From an uncultured Desulfobacteraceae bacterium (lineage in GTDB: Bacteria; Desulfobacterota; DSM-4660; Desulfatiglandales; Desulfatiglandaceae), in assembly GCA_964463515.1 (NCBI GenBank), contig CAYXDR010000001.1, forward strand, positions 1-25,272: a DNA stretch of 25,272 nt, written 5' to 3'. The notes under the pieces were generated by a model. The model made no database searches. It was given only the letters and a program-made list of their open reading frames with translations, and was not told where the DNA came from. Position 1 is the first letter of the stretch. Each line of letters begins with the position of its first letter. Shown here piece by piece: positions 17,218-25,272 of this stretch. The translations under genes were made by a program, and so were the position numbers.

Positions 17218-18092
17218 GTCTCTGCCTCTTCCTCTTCCCTGATATTATTCAGAATGCTATCTCCTTCTGTTCGGAAATCCATATTTTGAAAATGATCAAG
17301 AAGTTTTTTCTTTCCTAATGATGTTTTATTAGTAACCTTTGAAGCTGCGTTTTTAAGGATTTCATCTCGCCTATCAATGAGCTCCCTTAGCGTTTCACCT
17401 TCACTCCAGGTATAATTTTTTTTCCTGCTATTGATATTTTTGTAATCAAAATTAGATTCCCTGAAATTGTCATAAAATTCCTCGAATTGACAGGCCTTCT
17501 GAAAACACTCAGGATGGTTGTCATATAACGCAATCCATTCTTCTTTCCTTTGAAAAAAGCAAAAATAACAACCCGATCTACTTCTCCATTTATAGTAATC
17601 AGGAATCCCAACATCTGTTTCCGCCAATATTTGAAAAACATCTCTTTTTACTATATTATCCTCAATAAATGGATAAAATGGCACAATATTGTTTTTGCCA
17701 TGGGGATCATAGCCCATTCTGTCTTCATCAGCTCGCAAGGCAATATAAATATAGGCAAAATCATTGCCTATATATTTTTCAAAAGGTTCAATTTTGAGTT
17801 GCCGGGTACACCAACGATTTGTTGGTGAAGGAAGACATCCATAATATATTCTTAGGAGCGCAGTAAAACGATCCGTTTGCGGTTTATTTTTCGGAAGCCT
17901 AATAATTCTGATCTGAAGATAGGCCTCCATGCGCTCCAAGTATTCATATGTTTCTGGCAATTCATGGCCCGTATCCAAAAAAACATATTCTATATTCGGA
18001 ACTCGATCTTTCAGATACACCGCCAATGCGGCGCTGTCTTTCCCGCCCGACAAAGCCAGAATATGTCTTTTATTATCGCTTTTTCTTGGCAT
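17199..18092 (-). CDS. sspD: SspD-like PAPS-reductase-family (PP-loop) DNA phosphorothioation enzyme, 297 aa
   Basis: PP-loop LSGGKDSAAL (about 18035-18052), VFLDTGHELPETY, RWCTRQLK, RSGCYFCF and a C-terminal CLIC. It is adjacent to DUF4007 and SspC-like ATPase genes. A GGGAAG SD-like sequence lies upstream. Confidence 0.88.
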   Translation of the reverse strand: MPRKSDNKRHILALSGGKDSAALAVYLKDRVPNIEYVFLDTGHELPETYEYLERMEAYLQIRIIRLPKNKPQTDRFTALLRIYYGCLPSPTNRWCTRQLKIEPFEKYIGNDFAYIYIALRADEDRMGYDPHGKNNIVPFYPFIEDNIVKRDVFQILAETDVGIPDYYKWRSRSGCYFCFFQRKEEWIALYDNHPECFQKACQFEEFYDNFRESNFDYKNINSRKKNYTWSEGETLRELIDRRDEILKNAASKVTNKTSLGKKKLLDHFQNMDFRTEGDSILNNIREEEEAETCLICK

Positions 18093-18277
18093 CTATTTTT
18101 CTTCCCTGTTAACTGCATTTTTAATTAGTTCAACAATACCTTAAGGCAACATCCAAATGAGCAAGATTTCGATCATATTAGTCCAAGTACCATTAGAACA
18201 ACGCTGTTTCTGTATGCAACAATTCGAAATACATTTGATTTGATAAGAATTAATTAACTTGATAGTGTAAGTATATT

Positions 18278-18305
18278 ATTTTAGAAAATATGAACATACA
18301 AACAA
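18278..18305 (-). promoter_or_regulatory. Possible sigma70-type promoter upstream of sspD
   Basis: On the minus strand, TTGTTT-16 nt-TAAAAT lies in the only long intergenic gap of the cluster (18093-18413). The region is very AT-rich, so a chance match is plausible. Confidence 0.25.
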
Positions 18306-18413
18306 TATGAAAGCCATGGTTGCAGAATAAAACATAAATATTCTAAAAGTCTTTACGGGCTTTTCTTTTCTTGAAATCGGTCAACCACCATCCCAAGTTG
18401 CAAATTCAGCAAC

Positions 18414-21400
18414 TCAATCTTTTTCCCCGCTCTTCGTTTTATCACCCAACAAATGTTCACCCATCATTATTAGTAATGATTTGAGTTGATCAGGATCATT
18501 TCCCTCTATCAATCGAGCCATCTTTTCTTTCACACCTGCCATCTCCTCCTTATTCATCCAGACGATTTCGCTTTCCATAGTTCCGTCCGGGCGAGTTAAC
18601 GAAATCAGCCGCGCCTCTTTGCCTTCTTTACCTTCTGGCAACCTCCGCCGCTCCTCTGCCGCTAATCGCTCCAGCGCCAGAAAACGCCGGGCAAGGTCAT
18701 GCATGCGAGTTGAAAACCCACTCAAATCCGCATCGCTCCAGGATTCCACCAGCCGCTGACTGACGATGGTCCCAATGGCGGATACCCACTCATTGTCCGT
18801 TCCTCGGTTCCGCGCCAAGATTGCTACCAGCGGCTTCAAGCGTTTCTCGGAACACCGCCTTACCAAGGGCGTAGCTCGTTCCTTCAGGTCTTCACGAAAC
18901 GTCTTGAGATCTCCCCGGCTACCGAATGCTTCCTGAAGGACCATTCGGATCCTGTCCTCCAGCCGCTCGAATGCCTGGGCTAGCTCCCCCACCGCATTGC
19001 GGAATCGATTTTGGAAATCTTCGACAGCTTGAGCGTCGAAGTCAGGCGTGCCATCAAAGGCTGAAACACCGACAGCCTTTGGCAGATCCGTGAACAGCAA
19101 ATCAATGGGGTCTTTTGAATGGAGCAGTGCCTGGAGCAGGTTCCGGGCCTCCCGGCTAACCGATCGGGTCTCTTTCACGTAGGCCGGCAGCCGGTCCGCA
19201 AACTGGACCAGCGGGCCCACAATGTTGACCATGGTGGAGTTTCGCAGTTGGCGATCCTCCTGGAACGGGCTGCTATTCAACAACTCCTGGTAAACTCGGA
19301 AGACTTTCCCCTGAATGCCCAATGGCGAAAATTTGCGCACGTCAAAATATTCCGGCCGCTTGACCATCAGTTCCAGATCTTCCGGTGTCAGATACGGGAT
19401 GAACGCTCCCTCCTGATACAGCGCCGTATCTTCGGAGCGGACCAGGAGATACAGGCAGATTAAGATAGGGATCGGGCCATCCTTCATTCCAAAGGGCGGC
19501 TTCCGAAGCATGGCGATCAGGTTAGGCAGGTGCAACAGCGCGTCCTCGGTCCGGTCCAAAGCTGTGTCAAGGGCCTGCCACGCCGCATAAAAATGAGTAT
19601 CCGGTTCCGGCGGGAAAAACCGCCATGCCATTTCGCCATCGTGTCGATGCAGTCCCTCGGCCGCCAACATCGTTCGGTAAATGGCTACTTCCGGGCCTGT
19701 CCCGCTCAGCCCCAGTTTCTCCTTGGTTTCCCCGTTCAGCATGGCTTGGATGAGTTCCCGCTGTGCACGGGCCGCAGCGGAGGACAACCGAGCCCGGTTA
19801 ATCAACTCGTTCCGAATCACCGGACAGCTTTGATACGTCTCGTCGCACAAGCGGGAAAGCAATCCCGATAAGTCCCGTATGGAACTCAAGTCATACCGGC
19901 GTTCTCCGCTTTGCCAGACCACTTCAGGGTTGCCAGGGGTATACAGATCCGCCAGAAACCGCTTTAGCTGCTCCTCTGCGGCACCGGCTCGAAAAAGGGC
20001 CTCGCGCCGGGCCACACCGTCCCGTTCTAGTTCAGGCGCCTCTGTCAGGATGGCGGTAGCAGCCGCAGCTTCCAGTGCCCGTTCCCGGAGCCGGTCCTCC
20101 TCCCGGGCAAAAGCAACCAGAACGGGTCGTCCGTCGTCAGTCTTGCCCGGAAATCCATTCAATGGCCCATCATTGCCGAAAACATAAAGCAACAGGCCAT
20201 CCGCTTCCTCCGCTTTAAAAGCCGTCACGGCTTCCGCAACATCGTCCACAGCACACCAATGCCGCTTAAAATGGCGCAGCGTGCCAGTGCGGTAGGAGTG
20301 GCGCGAAGCAGTCAAAGGCAACATGGGCGCCGCCTTCTCCAAAAGCTCCGCTAGAGGTCGTGCCGCGATGGCTGGTTTATGCCGGTCGATAGCCTCCGGG
20401 ATGTCAATGTCGCTTCCCTCCCATAGCCGGAATTCATCGGCATATTCCCGGTAAATCAGCATCCCCTTTTCCGATAAAGGGCCCAGAGATGACTCCAGGG
20501 CCTCGTCGGCGTCCATTCCGGGCTGCGATACCGCAAAGCGCAGCAGGTCGCGGGAAGCCCGAAACCCAGACGGGCCAGAGATCAGATTTAAAAGACCGAT
20601 GGTTTTGAGCAGGTTTCTCTGAGGCCTGGGCAGGTTGCGGGCACCATCGACTATATCGTGAATTTCAAACCAGCGGCTGGCCCCTGGGCGGCTCAGCGCC
20701 ATGGAAGGAGCCGCCCCGAGGAAATAGTCATACAGCCGCTCAGGCCCGAAGGTCGGTGCGCCATATCCTGTCTTGTCCAGCTCCCGGTTTCCAAGGAACG
20801 CCGGCAGGGCGTGCGGTTCGCCGCCGCAAAGAAAGGCGAACAGCGTCCGATCGTTTTGAGCGAAACGGGTGCACAATTCCGGCAGCAGGGCGGCGGTCAG
20901 CGGATGGAGCGGGAAAAAGCGCGCCATTGACTTCGCATCGGCCCCGGCGATTTCCGTAACACCTAAACGATCCGTTTCCCGCTGATAATGTTCGGCCCAG
21001 TCCTTAACAGAGTGGAACGCATCCGGCGCTCGGTCCGGCCGACCTAACGCTTCTCCGATGAAATCGAGCATCTGGATGCGCGGCTCCACAAAGGAAATGT
21101 CCTCGAATCTCCCCTGAACTTTTCCCCATTCCTGTCGCTGAAGACGGCTGAGGCCAGCGCCATATGCTTCGAAAGCCTGGTGGAGGCATACCCAGAGATA
21201 AATGTTTTCGCTTTCCGCCAGGGTCTGGACAATGAACAGGTCGCCCCGGCCCGGATGCCGGGCCAGGTATTCGAGGTTCTTTCCGAACTCGTCGATAACG
21301 ACGGCTAGGGGCGACCGGCTGATCCGGCCTGCTTCCTGGAATAACGCCACTAGTCGGGCGGCATCGAGTTCTTCACCGGAAAGATAATCGGCAATGTCGG

Positions 21401-21884
21401 CAGCCAACAGGTTGAAGGCTTTTTTGGTGGGGTCGGATTTACCAGCAGCGCCCACGGCCCGGGCTAAGGCCGCTCCCAGAGTTCGATTGACCGGCTCGAA
21501 GGCAGCGGTGGCGGGAACCCGAAAGAATCCCTTGGACTTGAACCGCCGCTTTTTCATTGTTTCCATCAGTTGCGCCGACAGCGCGCTATCCTTCCGCTCC
21601 AGCATGTTTCGGGCGGTGCGAGCTTTGGATTCTTTGATTGGATCGCCGCAAAGGGAAAGCAGAAAATGGACAAAGGCCGATTTCCCCATGCCGTATGGGC
21701 CAGTCAAGGACCAGGCGGATGCCCTTTGGCCATTGAGTCCAGCAGAAAGCCGATGAATGATCTCCAGCCCCTTTCCAGTCAGAAGATACCGATCAAGGGT
21801 TTCCGGGTCGTTCAGATCCCTTTCCAGGTTGACCGAGCGGGCGATTTGGGCATCGGGGCGAACAATTTCTGATAGTTTCATCAC
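18414..21884 (-). CDS. sspC: SspC-like P-loop ATPase, 1156 aa
   Basis: RSVNLERD N-terminus, Walker A TGPYGMGKS (about 21678-21704), Walker B VVIDEFGKNLEY, GRFEDISF, FPLHP and RFAQNDRTLFAFL. It sits between DUF4007 and the PAPS-reductase gene. The start is coupled to the upstream stop (GTGATG): either GTG at 21884 or ATG at 21881. Confidence 0.85.
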   Translation of the reverse strand: MMKLSEIVRPDAQIARSVNLERDLNDPETLDRYLLTGKGLEIIHRLSAGLNGQRASAWSLTGPYGMGKSAFVHFLLSLCGDPIKESKARTARNMLERKDSALSAQLMETMKKRRFKSKGFFRVPATAAFEPVNRTLGAALARAVGAAGKSDPTKKAFNLLAADIADYLSGEELDAARLVALFQEAGRISRSPLAVVIDEFGKNLEYLARHPGRGDLFIVQTLAESENIYLWVCLHQAFEAYGAGLSRLQRQEWGKVQGRFEDISFVEPRIQMLDFIGEALGRPDRAPDAFHSVKDWAEHYQRETDRLGVTEIAGADAKSMARFFPLHPLTAALLPELCTRFAQNDRTLFAFLCGGEPHALPAFLGNRELDKTGYGAPTFGPERLYDYFLGAAPSMALSRPGASRWFEIHDIVDGARNLPRPQRNLLKTIGLLNLISGPSGFRASRDLLRFAVSQPGMDADEALESSLGPLSEKGMLIYREYADEFRLWEGSDIDIPEAIDRHKPAIAARPLAELLEKAAPMLPLTASRHSYRTGTLRHFKRHWCAVDDVAEAVTAFKAEEADGLLLYVFGNDGPLNGFPGKTDDGRPVLVAFAREEDRLRERALEAAAATAILTEAPELERDGVARREALFRAGAAEEQLKRFLADLYTPGNPEVVWQSGERRYDLSSIRDLSGLLSRLCDETYQSCPVIRNELINRARLSSAAARAQRELIQAMLNGETKEKLGLSGTGPEVAIYRTMLAAEGLHRHDGEMAWRFFPPEPDTHFYAAWQALDTALDRTEDALLHLPNLIAMLRKPPFGMKDGPIPILICLYLLVRSEDTALYQEGAFIPYLTPEDLELMVKRPEYFDVRKFSPLGIQGKVFRVYQELLNSSPFQEDRQLRNSTMVNIVGPLVQFADRLPAYVKETRSVSREARNLLQALLHSKDPIDLLFTDLPKAVGVSAFDGTPDFDAQAVEDFQNRFRNAVGELAQAFERLEDRIRMVLQEAFGSRGDLKTFREDLKERATPLVRRCSEKRLKPLVAILARNRGTDNEWVSAIGTIVSQRLVESWSDADLSGFSTRMHDLARRFLALERLAAEERRRLPEGKEGKEARLISLTRPDGTMESEIVWMNKEEMAGVKEKMARLIEGNDPDQLKSLLIMMGEHLLGDKTKSGEKD

Positions 21885-22849
21885 TGCGCCCTTCTCTTAT
21901 AGTAAGCTTCCAGCGTCGCATCCCGCAATTCCATGGGATCGCTCTCGAACTGTAGTTGTTGATTGCCGTAGGATTCGGTGAACACGACTCCGTCTATTCC
22001 AGATGTAGCGCGGTCCAGCCGCCTGCCAATGTCGGTCTCGGAAAGCTGGAAGACGCGACCGGGGCTGTTCCACCCATAGGCAATGGCGCTCAGAGCCAGA
22101 CTTTTCGCCCCCGCGCTGTAGTGATGTGCGAACTCGAAGCAGGCAGCCATAAAGATCGCATCCGGCAGATCTGCCTTCTCGCCTAAATGGAATCGATAAT
22201 AGCCCTTGGTTTCCGCGGGCATTATAAAGCCCAAATGGGTAAAGGGGCATTCGATCTCGTCGGATTTGCTGTCTCGGGGGGGCGCATACATCCGAATAAA
22301 ACAGGAAGCGTCCTTTTCGAAGGAGGAGGCCGATAAGCGGCTGAATCCTGGGATGTCGGCGGTATATTCGCTGAATTTCCGGGCTAGCTCCTTGGCAGCA
22401 AAGCCTCCGGCAGCTGACTGGTTGATCGAAATCGGCCATGCGGGAGCCACGATTGGCGGGACAAACAGATTCCAGTGGAGCAGCCACAGGCTCGCAGGAT
22501 CTTCTAGGTAGGGATCCCATCCATCGTCGGCAAGGAGGGCTTTACCCAACGGCGCGGGTTGCATGAGACCGCTCACTTTGGGAACATCAGCTTTATCTTT
22601 AGGGGCGATGACGTGGAAGGCCACACACCAGAACCGGATGGATCGGACCATGTTCTTGCCCACCCCTAGGATTTCGATGGCGTCGTCTCGGTCGAAGATG
22701 GCTGGATCGCCGGATTGTGAATCGGCTCCATTTAAATCCAAAAACCCCGCTACTCCGTCATACCCTTTCTTGAGCCATCCATAGCGAGGGCAAAAAGTTT
22801 CGTGGCGGGCGAAAAATCCGGTTCGGGTTTTGTGTTGAGGGGAGGTCAT
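21881..22849 (-). CDS. sspB: SspB-like DUF4007-family protein, 322 aa
   Basis: FARHETFCPRYGWLKKG, LGVGKNMVRSIRFW, WDPYLEDPASLWLLHW and IECPFTHLG are characteristic DUF4007 motifs. AGGAGA SD is 6 nt before the ATG. Confidence 0.88.
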   Translation of the reverse strand: MTSPQHKTRTGFFARHETFCPRYGWLKKGYDGVAGFLDLNGADSQSGDPAIFDRDDAIEILGVGKNMVRSIRFWCVAFHVIAPKDKADVPKVSGLMQPAPLGKALLADDGWDPYLEDPASLWLLHWNLFVPPIVAPAWPISINQSAAGGFAAKELARKFSEYTADIPGFSRLSASSFEKDASCFIRMYAPPRDSKSDEIECPFTHLGFIMPAETKGYYRFHLGEKADLPDAIFMAACFEFAHHYSAGAKSLALSAIAYGWNSPGRVFQLSETDIGRRLDRATSGIDGVVFTESYGNQQLQFESDPMELRDATLEAYYKRRAQ

Positions 22850-22858
22850 TTATGTCTC

Positions 22859-23443
22859 CTACGTACTCTCGACCGAAAGCTCGGTGACGCATTTAGGTAG
22901 CCATTTTCTGACCATACTCTTGGCTACCGACCTTCGCAAGGAGCGCTGATATCCTCGCGAGTGAATTTCCAAGTCAATGGTTTTTGCTGTTGGCGCGTAA
23001 AACAACTGGAAAGAAAGGGTCCTCTCCTCCGACTCAGCAAGATTTTCGAAATCATTCGGAGAGAGGGCCTTTCGCTTTAGAATGGAGAAGCTTGGCAACC
23101 TCTTCAGGGTCCTGTCGGCCTCGCTGCCGATGACGCCGCCCCCGGCGGACCGCAGCAGCTCATTGATCAGCCAGGTCTCTACGCCCCTTGCCTTACGCGC
23201 GACTTCGTCCTAAGGCGTCCTCTTCTCCTCGAGCCGCTGGTACATCCACGGGACAAAAAGCATGTAGCGGACACGGGTCTGCACCGTGCTGGTGCCTGGG
23301 AAGAAGTGGTCCGAGAAGGCATCCCGGATGGTGCCCAGGCCGAGCTCGTCCCGCGTGTCCTGCTTGCGGAACAGGTGGACTACGTCCAGCATCTTCTGTC
23401 GGTCTTCCGCCAAGAAATCCACCCATCCGAATGTGCTTGGCAT
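22859..23443 (-). pseudogene. DUF6361-family gene remnant with an in-frame nonsense codon and 3' truncation, fused in frame to an unrelated tail
   Basis: MPSTFGWVDF...DTRDELGLGTIRDAFSDHFFPGTSTVQTRVRYMLFVPW is a DUF6361-type N-terminus. After TAG (23210-23212) the same frame continues DEVARKAR...GVIGSEADRTLKRLPS, which is still family-like. It then diverges at about 23090 into FSILKRK...VEST*. Confidence 0.72.
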
Positions 23444-23522
23444 GGCATGCTCTCCGTACTAGGCTCACAATTTCCTTGGTTTTGCTGAGCCGCTTTCGGT
23501 TCCCGGGCCTGCTGAGGCTCCG

Positions 23523-24668
23523 TCACAACTCTGTTTCTTTTACTGTTTCTTCGATGAAACGCTCCATTTCCTCTTTCTTTGGGAGCTCGAGCTGGTACTT
23601 GGAGACGAAGAGGCCGTTGTCCATGCCGGCCAGCGCATACTCCACCAGCGTGCGATCCCTCTGGGTGCAGAGCAGAATGCCCACCGGCGGGTTGTCCCCG
23701 TCCGTCATCATGTTTTTCCTGTACCAGCTCACATAAGTGTTCAGCTGGCCGATGTTTTCGTGGCTGAACCGGTCGAGCTTCAGCTCCACCAGGATGTGGC
23801 ACTTGAGCACCCGGTGATAGAACACGAGGTCCACGAAGTTGTGGGTGTCGCCGATCAGGATGCGCTTCTGACGGGCCTCGAAGCAGAACCCGTGACCCAG
23901 CTCGAGCAGGAAGTCCTGGAGCTTGTCCAGGAGCTGATCCTCCAGCTGGGACTCGCTCATGACCTCCTTTGGCTTCAGACCGAAAAACTCGAAGACATAG
24001 GGATCGCGGATCGCCAGCTTGGGCCCTGCGGTTTCCGCGCCTTTTTTGGCCAGCTCTGCCAGCTTTTTCTTGTCCTTGGACAACCCGGAGCGCTCGTAGT
24101 AGAGGCTGCTGATCTGGCGCTTGAGCTCGCGGACAGACCAGTTCCCGCGGATGCACTCGACTTCGTAGAAAGCGCGTTTGAGATCGTCATCGACCTTGAT
24201 CAACTCCACGAAGTGAGTAAAGGACAAGGTACCCACAAGTCGATCTGTGGTGACGCCCCATTGAGCAGAACCCGCCTGATCCATGGTCGGCTCTGCGGTT
24301 TCGGGAAGTGCAGGCAATTCGGAAATCGCTGATTTCCCTTTCTCGGGCCAACTGAATTTGGCAATCACCGATTTCCGAATCCGGGGATAGGTCGTATAAA
24401 GTTGCCGGCAAAGACGCAAGTATCTGGCAGAGTAGCACTGGTCGAGGGAGGTTTTCAGTTCTTTGCTCAGAAGTTCGAGGACTTGATCCCCATAACCCGC
24501 TCGGTCCGAACCCTTTTGCTCAAATTCTCTGATATAGCAGCCAATCACCCAGTTCCTCAGCGTCAGACTGACGTTTACGGCCCGCCCTGCCTGGGCGGCC
24601 ATGTATTCGTGGGTTTTCCGGATGGTGTCGACAAGCGCACTGAAATCGAATCCTGCGTTTTCCACCAT
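23523..24668 (-). CDS. yhcG: YhcG/DUF1016-family PD-(D/E)xK nuclease domain protein, 381 aa
   Basis: RAVNVSLTLRNWVIG, LSFTHFVELI, WSVRELKRQI, IRDPYVFEF, LLELGHGFCFEARQKRI, VDLVFYHRVLKCHILVELK, HENIGQLNTYV, PPVGILLC and SKYQLELP are all typical of this family. Confidence 0.92.
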   Translation of the reverse strand: MVENAGFDFSALVDTIRKTHEYMAAQAGRAVNVSLTLRNWVIGCYIREFEQKGSDRAGYGDQVLELLSKELKTSLDQCYSARYLRLCRQLYTTYPRIRKSVIAKFSWPEKGKSAISELPALPETAEPTMDQAGSAQWGVTTDRLVGTLSFTHFVELIKVDDDLKRAFYEVECIRGNWSVRELKRQISSLYYERSGLSKDKKKLAELAKKGAETAGPKLAIRDPYVFEFFGLKPKEVMSESQLEDQLLDKLQDFLLELGHGFCFEARQKRILIGDTHNFVDLVFYHRVLKCHILVELKLDRFSHENIGQLNTYVSWYRKNMMTDGDNPPVGILLCTQRDRTLVEYALAGMDNGLFVSKYQLELPKKEEMERFIEETVKETEL

Positions 24669-24671
24669 CGG

Positions 24672-25104
24672 TCACCTTTCCCCGTCGCTTTGGCAACGGC
24701 CGCTAGCCGGATGCGCTGTGAAATCACTCCCCCTGAAGTCCCATACTTTCCGCTCCAACCGCTCGGCCAGCGAATTCAGCAGATCCGCCTTTTCAATGCA
24801 CGTGACCCACTCCTCGGGGATTGCCTTCACTCCAAGGCCCCACTGACAGCCCCCGCAATACACGCAATGGAGTCCGAGTCCCCGTTCGTGTTCGCCCCCC
24901 GAAGGACGGTCTTGCGGTAGTCGCCCGGGGTCTGCAGAAAGCAGTAGAGCGCCAGGGCCACGGCCTCCTCGCCCACCCAACCCCGGCCGAGGTGCTCCAG
25001 GGCCTCCTCCTCGCCCTCTCCAGGGACAGGAACTCGGTGGGCGCGCCCAGGGCGTCGCCTATGGCCAGTCTGAAGAGCAGGCCTTTAGCCTTGTCACTGT
25101 CCAT
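24672..25104 (-). pseudogene. ADP-ribosylglycohydrolase (DraG/ARH family) pseudogene with a large internal deletion and two frameshifts
   Basis: Frame 1 from ATG 25104 gives MDSDKAKGLLFRLAIGDALGAPTEFLSLE. A second frame from about 25017 gives EEALEHLGRGWVGEEAVALALYCF...GANTNGDSDSIACIAGAVSGA. A third frame from about 24838 gives LGVKAIPEEWVTCIE...*. The N-terminal GDALG and C-terminal DSDS motifs are present, but the middle of the fold is missing. Confidence 0.82.
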
Positions 25105-25109
25105 GGGGT

Positions 25110-25272
25110 TCAAGGAAACACCCCCTTGACCTTGCGTTCCAGGGCCTTGAACAGGGGTTCGTAGCCGGTGTTGTCCTTGCGGCGGCAGAGGCTTTCCACC
25201 AGGCCGTGGTAGTATTGGGCCTGGTCCTCGCGGCCCCGGTTGAAGCGGTCCCACACGGCCTCCCCGTGGGTT
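25110..25272 (-). CDS. 3' end of an HD-domain metal-dependent phosphohydrolase (RelA/SpoT-HD-like), partial at the window edge
   Basis: Translation THGEAVWDRFNRGREDQAQYYHGLVESL...KVKGVFP* matches the recalled G..VW.RFN.G...Q..YY..L tail of stand-alone HD_4-type hydrolases. TGA is at 25110-25112, 5 bp before the next ATG. The catalytic HD motif is outside the window. Confidence 0.55.
   Translation of the reverse strand, partial: THGEAVWDRFNRGREDQAQYYHGLVESLCRRKDNTGYEPLFKALERKVKGVFP

Noticed and set aside
209-22849. Calling the cluster a canonical BREX (type 2 or type 4) system
   Set aside because: PglW-like, DUF4007 and BrxC-like parts are present, but there is no pglZ, pglX or brxL in the window; the FGH-like trio and the PAPS-reductase gene fit a PT system better.
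23088-23093. HindIII site (AAGCTT) at the DUF6361 junction suggesting a cloning artefact
   Set aside because: Six-base sites are expected by chance at this length, another occurs inside sspB (21904-21909), and no vector sequence is seen.
23380-24156. 258-aa minus-strand ORF and 190-aa plus-strand ORF (23760-24332) overlapping yhcG
   Set aside because: Alternative frames of a GC-rich gene with R/G/P-biased or mirror composition; yhcG carries all the family motifs.
24793-25254. 153-aa ORF as an intact gene
   Set aside because: It is a patchwork: an off-frame reading of the HD gene tail, the true ARH N-terminus, then off-frame sequence after the deletion.
1-25272. CRISPR arrays, tRNA/rRNA genes, transposases, integrases
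   Set aside because: No regularly spaced repeats, cloverleaf or TTCGA-arm signatures, or DDE/tyrosine/serine recombinase motifs were seen by eye.

Overview
Every credible gene lies on the minus strand, and together they form one co-directional defence island. In transcription order (right to left): the 3' end of an HD-family hydrolase gene; an internally deleted, frameshifted ADP-ribosylglycohydrolase pseudogene; a YhcG/DUF1016 nuclease; a broken DUF6361 gene; a DNA phosphorothioation (PT) modification module (sspB-like DUF4007, sspC-like ATPase, sspD-like PAPS-reductase-family enzyme); a DndFGH/SspFGH-like restriction module; and a second, divergent DUF4007 + SspC/BrxC-like ATPase pair. The most unusual element is the 1546-aa F-position protein. 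It appears to fuse a sulfur-binding-domain (SBD)-like N-terminus, a NERD nuclease, a pseudokinase and an intact Ser/Thr kinase (a PglW-like arrangement) to a DndF/SspF-like P-loop domain. Base composition is mosaic: sspD plus the SBD-like segment, and the 5' part of the G gene, are markedly AT-rich. No cysteine desulfurase, SspE, PglZ or methyltransferase gene is in the window. All family assignments come from motifs recognised by eye, not from database searches. GC values are hand counts of 60-nt samples.
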